Origin: Setoptus koraiensis
Taxonomy: Eukaryota > Animalia > Arthropoda
Reading direction: 5' to 3'
Assembly (NCBI GenBank): GCA_048013815.1
Contig: CM106586.1
Coordinates: forward strand, 22,072,001-22,136,000
Length of the DNA stretch: 64,000 nt
How positions within the stretch are numbered: position 1 is the stretch's first letter; every line of letters starts with the position of its first letter. The position numbers and the translations under genes are program-made. Positions 1-12,156 of the stretch are shown here, one piece after another. Under the pieces are notes generated by a model that ran no database searches, was not told the origin of the DNA, and was given only the letters and a program-made list of their open reading frames with translations.

Positions 1-2
1 AA

Positions 3-272
3 TTTGCCAAGCTGGCGGGCTTCAAGAGGCCCATATTGCATGGACTGTGCACGATGGGTTTCGCCACCCGACACATCATCGAAGCTTATGCGCCCGAGGC
101 ACCGGAAAGATGTGTTCGTATCAAGGTGCGCTTCTCTGGTATAATATTCCCCGGCGAGACCATACAAACTGAGATGTGGAAGGAGGGCAACAGGATTCAT
201 TTTGAGTGTAAAGTGCAAGAGACGAATAAACACATCATAACGGGAGCCTATTTAGACTTGAAGGACAATTGA
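3..272 (+). CDS. HSD17B4: 3' end of peroxisomal multifunctional enzyme type 2 (MaoC-like enoyl-CoA hydratase 2 domain); 5'-partial
   Basis: Frame from base 3 reads FAKLAGFKRPILHGLCTMGFATRHII...VRFSGIIFPGETIQTEMWKEGNRIHF, the hydratase-2 PILHGLCT motif; stop TGA 270-272. Confidence 0.9.
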   Translation, partial: FAKLAGFKRPILHGLCTMGFATRHIIEAYAPEAPERCVRIKVRFSGIIFPGETIQTEMWKEGNRIHFECKVQETNKHIITGAYLDLKDN

Positions 273-705
273 AATTGGCGCCAATTTTCTAGTTGGTTGT
301 CTTGCGAAGCCTCTTCCATTGCTGCGTACATAAACACAAACAAACAAACAAGTGAGTGGTCACGTTAAAATCAACTGTAACTAATATTTGTTGTTTGTAT
401 TTCACAAAAACTAACAGGTGAATGTTGAACTTGTTCACTTGTAATAAACTTGATACTATTGTTGTTACAATCATCGTCATTGCTATTATTTAATTGCCCA
501 ATAATGCATGCAGTGGAGCACCATACAATCATTTGAGTCTTTCAGTTGTGTTTTTGTCCGAAAACAACATGTGCACAGGGCGTAGTTGTGAAAAAGGTCG
601 CCAGCATCAATATTATTGACACAAGCAGATAATTTAACCAGATTTCATACACTTTTATGTATTTTTAGCACTGGGCAAGCAAACGACATCTATTCCCAAT
701 ATACA

Positions 706-1590
706 ATGGCCAGCATATCAGTACGGGTGGACGAGGCCAACAAATTTATGCAAAATGGACGCAAGTTCCTCAAGACGAATCTATTCAAATGGACAGCTGA
801 TTACGACAATGCGGCCAATCAATTCAATCAGGCCGCAATGGCGTTTAAGGGGGCCGGAATGCACAAGCAGGCTGTAGAGGCCAACGAATTAGCCATTGAC
901 GCTTACTTGAAGAATGAGAGCTCTGCTTTCCAGGCGGCAAAATGCATGGAGCAGGCGGCATTGTCATTTAAGGAGCTCGAGGACTTCAAATCAGTATCTA
1001 TTTATTATAATAGAGCCATTGATATTTATAGACAAACAGGTAACACAGATACGGCCATATCAACCTTAGATAGAGCGGCAAAATCAATGGTGGAAGCCAT
1101 GCCTTTTATGGCGGCCGATCTTTACATTCAAGCCTCAGAGGCCTGCGTTTTAGAGGATAGATTCAGGCAAGCGGCCGAATATTGTTCCAAGGCGGCGGTG
1201 TTATTTATCAAAATGAAAGACTATCATAAAGCTGTCATTATAGGCAGAGAAGAAATCAATTGTTGTATACAAGCGGGCGACACTAGAACTTGTAGCAGAG
1301 TGGCCATGTGTTTGATATTAGTGCATCTAGCTAACAAAAATCCCGTTGGAGCCCGTGAGTTAATTAGGTCATGTCAATTAGATGATGACACATTGCAACT
1401 CGCCGAGCAGCTAGTGTCGAGCTTTGAGAAAAGCGACTATCAAACTATGGGAAAAATTCTTAATAATTCGTATTTTATGAACTTAGACACGGAATATGCC
1501 AAGTTATCGCGTCAACTATTCAATGATTACTGCTCCCCGGAAGCCTTGTCAAAACTGGAAGACCCCAACTATGAGGAAGACATGACATGA
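706..1590 (+). CDS. NAPG: Gamma-soluble NSF attachment protein (gamma-SNAP), single exon
   Basis: KFLKTNLFKWTADYDNAANQFNQAAMAFK and FQAAKCMEQAA TPR-like SNAP motifs; first in-frame ATG at 706 (the ORF track starts upstream at a non-ATG codon). Confidence 0.9.
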   Translation: MASISVRVDEANKFMQNGRKFLKTNLFKWTADYDNAANQFNQAAMAFKGAGMHKQAVEANELAIDAYLKNESSAFQAAKCMEQAALSFKELEDFKSVSIYYNRAIDIYRQTGNTDTAISTLDRAAKSMVEAMPFMAADLYIQASEACVLEDRFRQAAEYCSKAAVLFIKMKDYHKAVIIGREEINCCIQAGDTRTCSRVAMCLILVHLANKNPVGARELIRSCQLDDDTLQLAEQLVSSFEKSDYQTMGKILNNSYFMNLDTEYAKLSRQLFNDYCSPEALSKLEDPNYEEDMT

Positions 1591-2050
1591 GTTGACACTC
1601 ACACGATACATAATCTAATTTTTTGTTTGTTGTTCTTTCCAACTATGTACATGTCAAGTGAAAATAAGGGTGAAATCTATCAATCAATTTGGGTTTCGTC
1701 AGCACAAGCATTATAAACAATAACCACAGACAAGTAGAAAGCACCATCTTCTTTGTGACCATTTGTTCTGAGCGGGCAACCTAGATAGTTGAACCCTGTA
1801 GACGGCTCATCTCAGAAAATCCACGAGAATCCTAACAATGTATCATGGAAATAGATAGAAGTATCGATTCTTTCTATCAGATCATCCACCTAGATAAGAT
1901 TTCTTGAAATCAGTCTACCCGGGTTGTACAAAGTAGAGCACTATATTCTTTTTGCATTAGAGCACCAATTCTTCAAGAATAGATTGAGCATCACCTAGCA
2001 TCCCCTAGTTGAAATTTGAAATCTCAACAGTTTTGTGGCTATACTCTTTT

Positions 2051-2190
2051 TTAATTGAAATAAAGAAATGGACTAGAAAGTTCATAAATCGTCTATCACA
2101 ATCCTGTTCTGAAACTTCCCATTGAAAAAACTACAAACGACATCTATGTTGGAACTCTTCTTTCTTCACGGATGAGTCCATATCTTCTAA
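2051..2190 (-). pseudogene. Degenerate relic of the MTG1 3' end and 3' UTR
   Basis: ttaattgaaataaagaaatggactagaaagttcataaatcgtctatca...ggaactc aligns with 3846-4000 (MTG1 stop region), with a deletion and substitutions. Confidence 0.8.
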
Positions 2191-2661
2191 CTAGTGGCTA
2201 TATACCTTCCGATGGGTGGTGGTGCGAATTTGGGCGGTAGGAGATCAGGAGGGTGAGCAGTTGTGGAACAGCACAGAACACTACAGAATTAAAATTTCAA
2301 GCGAGTTTCCACCGAAACACTAGTGGTCGCTAGCTGTTGGTTGCATCCGACAGAGCGCAACAATTGTGCGTTTTATGCTTTCGCCTTCGGTTGTCCTAGG
2401 TAAGAAATTGAACAGGTATGAAATCCGCCCCTTGGAAAATGCACTGTGTATGCTAGCGAGGTTCGATCCATCACGTGGTCGAGTGAGACATCGATTCTTG
2501 TGTACTTAGACAGATTCAGAATCATCATCCTAGAGACACATTCAAACCGCTCACGCACATAATCGTCGGCTTGGTATTATTACCTCGAAGGAAAGAACAT
2601 TCCCAAAGATATTAACTCAACAACAACCCTAGCAACAGCAGAAACCATTGTAATACACAAC

Positions 2662-3805
2662 ATGGCTCGCACCATTTTCTCAACCACTCTCCAAGATTGC
2701 CATGATCTTAATGAAAGGGAAAAATTGTTCAAAAGTAAGGTTAAACAATGCTATAACGGCGGTCCTATAGAAGACGTCAGAATAAAGGCCTTAATGGAGC
2801 TGGTGGACGTAGTTTCATCTCGACCGGAGTTGATATTCTGTTACGAGTGCGTTTACGAGGAAATGCGTAAAATTGTAAGTCAAAATGAACAAGTTATACC
2901 GCTCAAACATGAGTGAAATCCGCTAACGATCAATCTCTCTCTTCAAACTAATATTTCAGTTCGAAGTCAATGTATCCAGAAAATTGCCACCGTCATCCAA
3001 CCAGAATGGGCCAAAATTCGACCCTGAAGAGGACAAGCCATCAAAATTTCGTTCTCTTACATGTACTATGCACCTCATCTATGATCTAATGTATAAGTTT
3101 TTAAACTCTCCTGAGCTCAAGCCAAACTTAGCAAAAGCATGTATCGACGCCAGATTTGTATTGCAATTGTTTAGACTTCTCAATAGCGAAGATTCGGAAG
3201 AGAGGGATCACGTCAAATCAGCATTAATTACAATATATGAACAATTCGGTGGTTTGAGATCTTATATTAGGCGCCAAATAAATAACATATTTTACAGATT
3301 CATCTACGAAACTGAAAACCATAATGGAATAGCGGAACTTCTTGAACTTCTAGAAAGGTAAGTGTCAAAAAAAAAACTACATCTTCTTTGTTTTTTGTAG
3401 TCATTATAACTTTCATCAACATATCCACTTTTCCTCAACTAGTATAATCGATGGGTTTGCTTCGCCACTTGAGGCGGAACACAAAGTATTTCTCCTCAAA
3501 GTCTTGATGCCCCTCCATAAAACTCGATCCTTAAATGTTTATCACTCCGAGTTGACTGCATGCGTTGAGGAATTTTTGGAAAAAGATGAAAGTCTGACAA
3601 AACCGGTAAGTCATTTATTCTACAATAGTGATCATGTGTGCTGTCCAACTAACAAAACTTGAAATTATTAAAGCTAATCCAATGTTTTGCAACAAATTTG
3701 TATTCTTAGGTCATCAGGAGTATGCTAAAATATTGGCCGAAAGTGCACAAAAAGAACGAGGAAGTGTTTCTCGAGTCATTAAAGACTTTTATGAACCGTT
3801 TATGA
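2662..3805 (+). CDS. Truncated, diverged PP2A B56 (B') regulatory subunit paralogue, about 289 aa; join(2662..2874,2960..3357,3443..3605,3710..3805)
   Basis: Three GT-AG introns at the same positions and phases as the full B56 gene; the spliced frame is open to TGA 3803-3805; 5' UTR about 2535-2668 is homologous to about 5319-5452. Could be a recent pseudogene. Confidence 0.7.
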
Positions 3806-3876
3806 ATCTTCTATTGATTTTCAAAGTTTTAAATTTTGAAATAATTTAATTGAAATAAAAAAATGGACTAGAGAGT

Positions 3877-4827
3877 TCACAAATCGTCTATCATAACTTT
3901 GCCGAACAATCCTCTTCTGAAACATCTCATAATAAGACTACAAACGGCATCTATATCTGGAACTCTTTTTTCTTCTCCAGTGAACCTATCTCTGACCAAC
4001 TGAATTTTTTTCAACGAGATAGCTGTATTAATTATCAGATCGTCGAAATTTGTCATGGGCGATTCTAGTTCGAGAACCTGCACATAATTGTACATCCTTC
4101 GATTGTTAAGCCAGTCGATGGTATATTTGGCGATGTCAAAAATTTCGACTGCTTTATCGGATATTGTAGAGCACATGGCTAGTTTCATCGCTTTGTCATA
4201 TGATTTGGTTACACCGGGTTCTAAAACGCCCGGTGTGTCGAAAACATATATAGGAGGTCTGGAGCAGATTTTTATCTTTTGCATAACATGTTTTGTCACT
4301 CCAGCATTTGGACCAACCTGAGCAGGTTCTCCACTTCTCCCCAGATGAAGCTGTCTGAGCCTATTGATGAGAGAAGATTTTCCTACATTTGGTATGCCCA
4401 CTATCATGGTGTTAAATTCCATCCTGTCCTCCCGATTATGTCTGTCAGACTTTCTGATTGTGTCTACTATAAGCTGACCTAACTTGTCATAGCCTCTCTG
4501 AGCGTGATCGAAAGATTTCCCCGTCAGAGTAGTCCTCAGAATATGTGCATCACCGTTATCCGCCAATTTCGCTTCTATTTGGTCCCACTTGGATAAATCA
4601 GCTAAGTCGCACTTGTTTAGTATGAGAATATGAGGTTTGATAGTGCCAAGGTATGTCTTGAGTTGAGTGTTTCGACCAGTCAGAGGAAGGCGTGCATCAT
4701 GAATTTCAATAACACAATCGACATGACTTAGTTTGCCCATCATGGCCTTCATGCCGCTGAACATGTGTCCCGGGTACCAATTAATGGCTTTGCCGATCTT
4801 GGCAGCATTATTGCTCACAGTGGACAT
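3877..4827 (-). CDS. MTG1: Mitochondrial ribosome-associated GTPase 1 (RbgA/YlqF family), single exon
   Basis: NWYPGHM, EIHDARLPLTGRN, NKCDL, GIPNVGKSS (G1), DTPG (G3) in circularly permuted GTPase order; first ATG at 4827. Confidence 0.95.
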   Translation of the reverse strand: MSTVSNNAAKIGKAINWYPGHMFSGMKAMMGKLSHVDCVIEIHDARLPLTGRNTQLKTYLGTIKPHILILNKCDLADLSKWDQIEAKLADNGDAHILRTTLTGKSFDHAQRGYDKLGQLIVDTIRKSDRHNREDRMEFNTMIVGIPNVGKSSLINRLRQLHLGRSGEPAQVGPNAGVTKHVMQKIKICSRPPIYVFDTPGVLEPGVTKSYDKAMKLAMCSTISDKAVEIFDIAKYTIDWLNNRRMYNYVQVLELESPMTNFDDLIINTAISLKKIQLVRDRFTGEEKRVPDIDAVCSLIMRCFRRGLFGKVMIDDL

Positions 4828-5445
4828 GCCTGATAAATTGGTCCTATCTGGTGTTAGATGATGAGACAATTAAGATTTGCAAACTTTTGCTTGATGGTAT
4901 CGCTGACATAACTATCAAATGTTATTTGTAACTAAAGACGTGGACTGGCTAAATAAAAACACGGTTTTATTGCATTGTTTACTATTTCGATCGTATCCAC
5001 TGGCGCCACCTGTTTAACATCTGATGTATTATTGGTCGATAATGTTGGAAAACGCCGTTAGACGCATACCATTACATTAATGTTGCTCTGATGGCACAAA
5101 ATACACGAAAATAAATAAATAAAAAAAGAATTAGAACGTATTTGTGAAAAGTGACTAAATCTTATCCTAGTTGTGCATTAAAACTAAATGCCTACACAAA
5201 TTCTTAGCGTTTTTGCTGCCAAGCTAGAATCTATTATTATGATAATTATTATTACTATTATGAGATCATTATCAGAATCTTTATTATTATTATCAGCAGC
5301 ATCACCATCGTCGTAAAGACGTATTCAAACCGCACACGCATATAATCTTTATCTTGGTATTATTTCCTCGAAGGAAAGAACATTCTCAAAGGTATTAACT
5401 CAACAACAACCATAATAACAACAGAAACCATTAACAACACACAAC

Positions 5446-8277
5446 ATGGCTCAAAACAATTCTGATACCGAGCCATTGACTGTGGGACGCGCCACGACGG
5501 AACAAGTGTCCAGAATTAACACTGGCCTGACAATTAGTGACAGTAGTAATATTATGAATGATCATTCATCAAATCCATCGCCATCTACAAATTTCAGTAA
5601 CATAAACACTGCGAATCTCAACAATACTAACAAGCAAAACAGTAAAATGAATAACACTGGTAGTATTAGTAACAATAATCATATCAATAGTAACAATAAT
5701 AACAATAATGATATTGGTAATGTTGATAGCAGCCCCAATAGCAATAGTGGTAGCAATGATAGTGATAAAGAACAATCATCATTTGACTCGGATCTAAGCA
5801 AAATTATCGCAGGTGTCGATCTTTGTGAGGGATCCGGGGGAGCAGGGAGCTCCATTATTAGTAGTAGTAGTACCATGAATGACCAAAAGGCCACTGCTAC
5901 CAATAACTACAACAACAATATTACTAACACCTCAATTAATAGCAGCATCGTACCTAAAAACAACAATAGTGATATCAATGAAACCATTAGCACCAACAGT
6001 AGCAATAATAATAACAGTAATAAAAAAAATGATGATGTAGATGACGGAAACATCGACTCGGAGATGTTATCATCGTCAATGTTAATTAATGATGATTTTA
6101 ATTTTGATATTCTAACTAGCCACTCTACAATAACTAACGCGGACCATAATCTAGATTTCGTCAAACGGAGTGACACCATACAAAGCAATAACGAGGACGT
6201 TGATTCTAACAATGACACCAGCTCTACAAACACCTCATCGCTTTACCATTACGATTTGGCTGCACACATTCGCTCCGAAGGTGGCTTCGTCAGCTTCGAA
6301 CACCAAGATGGACAACCTACATCGAGGCTGGCCTCGACTTCCTTAGATGACAACAAATTTGAGGCCGATTCAGACAGACTGAAACAGGATGATTTCAACA
6401 ATTCTAAGACATCTTATCACACTGAAATGACCAATCAATCTGATGAAGACATCTTATCAGCTTTTAACAATGTGGATGCTATTGAAAAGTCTACGAGAAT
6501 ATCACGTAAACTTAATGAAACATTTTCCATAAGCCAAGAAGAGGCCACTAGCGACTATTCCCTTGGTCCAGGTTCCAGTGTTGGATCTACTACCGAGGAG
6601 GCAAAATTGTTTGCCACATTACCAACCCTCAAAGATTGTTATGATCTTGATGAAAGGGAAAAATTGTTCAAAAGTAAGGTAGAACAATGCTGTTGCATGT
6701 TCGATTTCGCCGTAAATCCTCTGAGTGAGTTAGATCATAAAGAAACCAAGGCCAACGCTTTAGCGGAGTTATCTGAGGTGATAACGTATCAACCGGAGTT
6801 GATATTCTGCTACGAGTGCGTTTACGAGGAAATGCGTAAAATTGTAAGTCAAAATGAACAAGTTATACCGCTCAAACATGAGTGAAATTCGCTAATAATC
6901 AATCTCTCTCTTCAAACTAATATTTCAGTTCGAAATCAATGTATTCAGGACATTGCCACCGTCATCCAACCAGAATGTGCCCGAATTCGACCCTGAAGAG
7001 GACGAGCCGCCTCTAGAACCATCTTGGCCGCATCTGCAACTTGTCTATGATCTAATGCTTCACTTTTTAGACTCACCCGAGTTCAAGCCAAACCTAGCAA
7101 AAACATATATCGACTCCAGATTTGTATTGCAACTGTTGGAACTTTTCGATAGCGAAGATCCGAGAGAGAGGGACTGCCTCAAAACCATATTACATAGAAT
7201 ATATGGACAATTCTTGGGTTTGAGATCTTATATTAGGCGCCAAATAAATAACATATTTTACAGATTTATTTACGAAACTGAATACCATAATGGAATAGCG
7301 GAATTTCTTGAACTTCTAGGAAGGTAAGTGCCAAAAAAAAAACTACATCTTCTTTGTTTTTTGTAGTCATAATAACTTTCATCAACATATCTACTTTTCC
7401 TCAATTAGTATAATCAATGGATTTGCTTTGCCACTCAAGGAGGAACACAAAGTATTTCTCCTCAAAGTCTTGATGCCTCTCCATAAAACTCGATCTTTAA
7501 GTGTTTATCACCCCCAGTTAGCTTATTGCGTTGTGCAATTTTTGGAAAAAGATCAAAGTCTGACAAAACCGGTAAGTCATTCATTCTGCAATAACGATCA
7601 TTTGTGCTATCTAACTCACAAAACTTGAAATCACGAAAGCTAATCTAATGTTTTGTAACAAATTTGTATTCTTAGGTCATCATGAGTATGCTCAAATATT
7701 GGCCGAAAGTGCATAGCACAAAAGAAGTTATGTTCCTCAATGAATTGGAGGAAATTCTCGATGTGATAGAGCCAAGTGAATTCCAGAGAGTTATGGTCGT
7801 GTTATTCAGGCAACTCTCTAAATGTATCTTGTCCCAACAATTTCAAGTCGCAGAAAGAGTTCTTTATTATTGGAATAATGAATATATACTCAGTCTTATT
7901 AGTGACAATGTGTCAACTATCCTACCAATTACATTTCCGGCCCTTCACGTAAATCCAACATCTCATTGGAATAAAACCATCCACGGTCTCACTTATAATG
8001 CTTTAAAGTTATTCACTGGTATGAATCAAAAACTTTTCCATGAGGTTGTGCAAAAATACAAAGAGGACAAACAAAGGTACTGTTGTGTCATCATATTCTA
8101 TTTATTTATTTTAAACAATGACCGTCATATTAACCATGCTCTTTTATTTTTTCTTTCGTCAACATACATAATTAATTGAGTAGAGAAATCGAGGCTCAAA
8201 AAGAAAAAGAGGACAGATGGAAAAAGATAGAAAAATTAGCCATCAGCAATTCTTCCAATATCCAATTCAACCAGTGA
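5446..8277 (+). CDS. PPP2R5: PP2A 56 kDa regulatory subunit (B56/B') with long Asn/Ser-rich N-terminus; join(5446..6843,6929..7323,7409..7571,7676..8076,8184..8277)
   Basis: [78 protein letters not shown]; four GT-AG introns keep the frame. Confidence 0.95.
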
Positions 8278-9914
8278 TGTATGCAGTAGTCAATTTAGAG
8301 CTAAATGCAGCTCACAGCCGTTAATGATATCTCTGCTCTATTTCCCCACCTTTTCAGTTGTATATGATATAAAAATCTAGCAAGTTGTAAAAGTATGTTA
8401 TGTTTATTTTTAAAAATTTTTAACTTCGCCAATAATGAACTCAGCATTACACCAAGAGTATTTGTAAAATTTTATGCTGACAATTATGTGATCCGACTAA
8501 AAGTTGTCAAACGACCACTGTCTATCTAAATTTGTCGCTCTTCACCCTCTATTGAACATCAATCATTGTAAATCAAGGCCACTATAATGATAAATTTACT
8601 TGGTATAATGGACTTCCTCTACGAGATGAACTTTTATATAGATAAACTTTGATTTTTACGGTGAATACTGATTGAGAAAAGAGCATCCATCAATGTCATA
8701 GCCAATCTCTTTCATGGGCTATTTTAGAAGGATCAATAACAGAGGCGCTCCCTCTCTTTCGTGTTGTTCCATCCGGGAGTCGAACATACATTGGCCCAAT
8801 CGATCTTATCTGTCCTTTATCGGTTAGGTGCAACAATGACCATGCTCGGAAGCAAGAGTGAAATCTAGTGCCACGAGAACCTAACTTTCGGTTAGCCGTG
8901 TTAGTGGTATCGAAGAAAAGTTTTCTATAATAGATAGCAAGTTCGATAAATTTTCAATTAATTTCGCAAGACAATTTCGTGTGCTGACTCGAGTTGAGAT
9001 ACAAACACACAAAAGGAATGGTGCGCTAGACTGCTTGAGATCAAAGCTTGAAGTTCTTTTTATATTATCTTGAGATCAATTACTGGATTCTCATTCATTT
9101 CAAAAAAAAAAAAACGTGCATGATAAACGATCGAACACCCATGACATCAGCGCACATTTATTGCAATTTTCTCGCTCCTATATTTTCCATAAATTGGTGC
9201 ACTCAACATGATTGCTTCCGAACATCAGAGGACGCACTAATTTCATGACCATTCCGGATGATATATCAGAAAGACGGGAAAGACCGGAAAATGGTTACCC
9301 TTCTAAGATTCATCTCGCCGATACCTACAAGGATAGCCCTGTTAGAAAAAAAAACATGCGAGAGTTTAAGTCACCTGGGCTACTTTGTCAGTAGTTATTC
9401 AGACAGGTGAAATAATTTTTTTTTATTTTCGTTGATAGTTGATTTTTTAGCTGTGAGCAGAGTGCCGCAGCGCATCCGCATATGTAAAAATGTAGCCAGC
9501 AGCCAGCCTAGCCTTATTTGCTCGAAATATCATGTATTGGCTGCCGCCTTCATGTCTCTACCGGTGTGTGTGTTAATTAGAAGAAAAACGAGAGACAACT
9601 TCACGTACTTGAGCACTAATGAGTCAGCTATAGTAGTGCGTTATTTAGCTAACTAAAGCACCTGTGTGAATGATAAAGTGGTTTTTGTTTAAAGTCATCA
9701 TGTGCATGTTTTTTTATTTGATATTGTCTGCTACGGTTCAAAGAAGAAAACAACTCCTAACTAGTCGGTAACGCTATTCTATTGATAGAGCGCAGCAGCA
9801 CTAATACTGTATTAGTGAGCTTACCAGATGTTAAAGTGTCTAGGTAGTGTATTTGTTGTTGCATTTCTCTTTAGCAGGAACAAAAGAAACTGAATCATCA
9901 CCACCGACAGCACT

Positions 9915-10012
9915 CCAACCACAACAACAGCCACGACTACAACAACGACAACAACAACGACAGCGACAACAGCGATAACAACAACAGCGACAAAAACAAC
10001 AACAACAACGGC
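9915..10012. repeat. Imperfect (CAA/CGA/CAG)n trinucleotide microsatellite
   Basis: acaacaacagccacgactacaacaacgacaacaacaacgacagcgac... Confidence 0.85.
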
Positions 10013-12156
10013 AGCGTATAGAATATTTGCAATGGAGATGCTGACGATATTAAATTATGAGATGTTTATTGCCAGCAAGCTAGTTAACGTCAAGGCGAAA
10101 TGTGGGCCGTCTGCTTAAATAAATTATTTACTTATACATGTGCGATTGCACAGGCTTACTGAGCTAACATTGTTCGCATGCATAAGTGTTAGCATTTCAG
10201 CAGTTGGATAGACCTCACTATGGCGGTGCACGCAATAAACGAGCTAACCGCGCTTTATAACACTTTTTATTCCATGCGATTTCATGATAAAAGTTTTGTC
10301 AGACAGGCCGAGAGATTTGTTGAGTCGTTGTGCGACCTGTTAGATTTGAGCCGTATTGTCCCGTGTGTTATTTGTGTGACAAATTTGTGCGGTCTTGACA
10401 GTGCGACCAAACCAGTATTTGTGCGATACCGTTGGTTGCTTCTGTTAATTTTATTCTCAATGCGACAGCTCCATTAGGTGTGTTGTTGAAAGAGGATTCT
10501 GCAGAGGGCGCTCGCGTCGACCATAACAGGTTGTTTGCGTGGGGTCGCCAATGGTGTGTTGATTCCTATGAACCGACAATTCTCAATTGTTTGCGAAGAG
10601 CACCGTGTTTCATTGGCTTCCATTTGCAACTGTGTTTTGTTTCTTATTGTTTGTTGCATCATTATAATGAGGTGCGCATCACCGACAGTTGTCATGAATG
10701 GCAGAGTTATAACCTTTCCTACATTGTATAGGCAGTGATTAATCTTTTGATCTTTGACCACGCTAGTCTCCTGTTTGTGGCGCCGTCCCGACACAAAGTC
10801 CCAACAACAAGTCCCAACAACAAGTCTCAACACAAAATCTCGGCATGGTTCGGCCGGCGATCCGATGATTCGCCCACATGGTCTTGCCAGCAGGACCATG
10901 TGGGTGCCTTGCTGACACAGGCACAAGCGTGTGCATGTATGTGTTTTATTGTCGTAATGTGTTCGAGGTGTGACAAATCCTTTAGCCACCAGCAGCAATA
11001 GTATGAGTAGTTTGTTGTGCCATCAAACAGTCTGAACCAGTAGAAGCGAGCTTGTTGGCTTAAGCTAGGACGATTAGATCGGCAGGCTTGACAAACATGT
11101 ACACTCTTATTAACACAAAGCCGTATGGATTTGTGCGTAAGCGGCAATATTTCAAGGCAAGTTCGACAGTGATGACGGATAAATGAATGGTGTATCCATT
11201 TAGCCGCCAGCAGCGACACCAGCGCAAGCTGTGTATTAGTGTGCTGTTGAGCAAAGATGTTGCTAGCAAATCAGCCATCAGCATAACAACAAACTAATTA
11301 TGATGAGTAGCGCCTCACCATGTTGTTGTTGTCGTCGTTGTCGTTGTTGCTGCTGCTGCTGCTGTGGTGCCACCACAGCAACATGGTGAGTCGATCGATG
11401 GCTGGCCCAGGCGCGTTGCTCGTCGTCATCGTCGCAAATCACACCTTATCTTTCCTTTGTGATTACTATTTATTTTTTATCATCGCTGCACAACAATGTT
11501 TGCCAGCCACGGCAAGTTAATGCAACAAGACAATGCACACACACACACACGCACGCACACACGCAGGATTGCGACTAGGAGAGCTACACGAGGTCTCGCC
11601 AAGCAGATCAGGAACGGCAGATAGCTGCTGGCGCTGCAGACGGCGCTGTTGCTGGCTTGCTGAAATCGAACGCGTCGCGCCAATCGACAGACCCCACCCA
11701 ATCTTGTGCGATGGCGCTGTAGGCAACAACATTTCGTTGTCGCTGTTGTTGTTGCCGCTGTTGTTGTTGCCGCTGTCGTTGCTGGCGCTGTCGTTGCTGG
11801 CGCTGTTGTTGCGACAGGCACAACAGCGACAGCAACAAGGCAAATCGGTGGTTGGCATTGCTAGCGGCATGAGAAACGATGGCTCGAGCACTTGACTTCA
11901 CTTGGCGCTGGTGGCTTCTCTCGCAACTTGTGTGTCAGACGCACTCTCGCACGATAGACAGAGTAGCAAATTGCGAGTGTGTTTGCACAGTTTCGAGCAA
12001 AACATTTACAATTGGCAAACTTCAGCAGCAAAGATACAATAGAAAAGTCATCTAGAGAAACAACACAAAAATGGCTCGGACGGAGCACGTACCATTGTGT
12101 GGCGCACTCGGCGTCCTTCGATGCGGCCTACTGCGCTCTTGTGCGCTCTGCTCAAC

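Noticed and set aside
2455-2475. GGTTCGATCC resembling a tRNA T-loop / B box
   Set aside because: No A box, acceptor stem or cloverleaf around it
4088-4482. Plus-strand ORFs inside MTG1, and similar antisense ORFs inside adducin, GSS, TIMELESS, NRF-6 and CtBP
   Set aside because: Shadow ORFs of real coding sequence on the opposite strand
5260-5282. TGAGATCATT resembling the bantam miRNA 5' end
   Set aside because: The match stops after 10 nt, it sits in an ATT-repeat context, and no hairpin partner is seen
8690-8960. About 85-codon stop-free minus-strand frame (…KGQIRSIGPMYVRLPDG…) and a nearby IDSG-like tripeptide
   Set aside because: No suitable ATG, no recognisable homology, and too weak to call a retroelement protease relic
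10220-11900. Cluster of 60-174 aa ORFs on both strands
   Set aside because: Mostly non-ATG starts, simple-repeat translations (poly-L/Q/T/C), no recognisable domain
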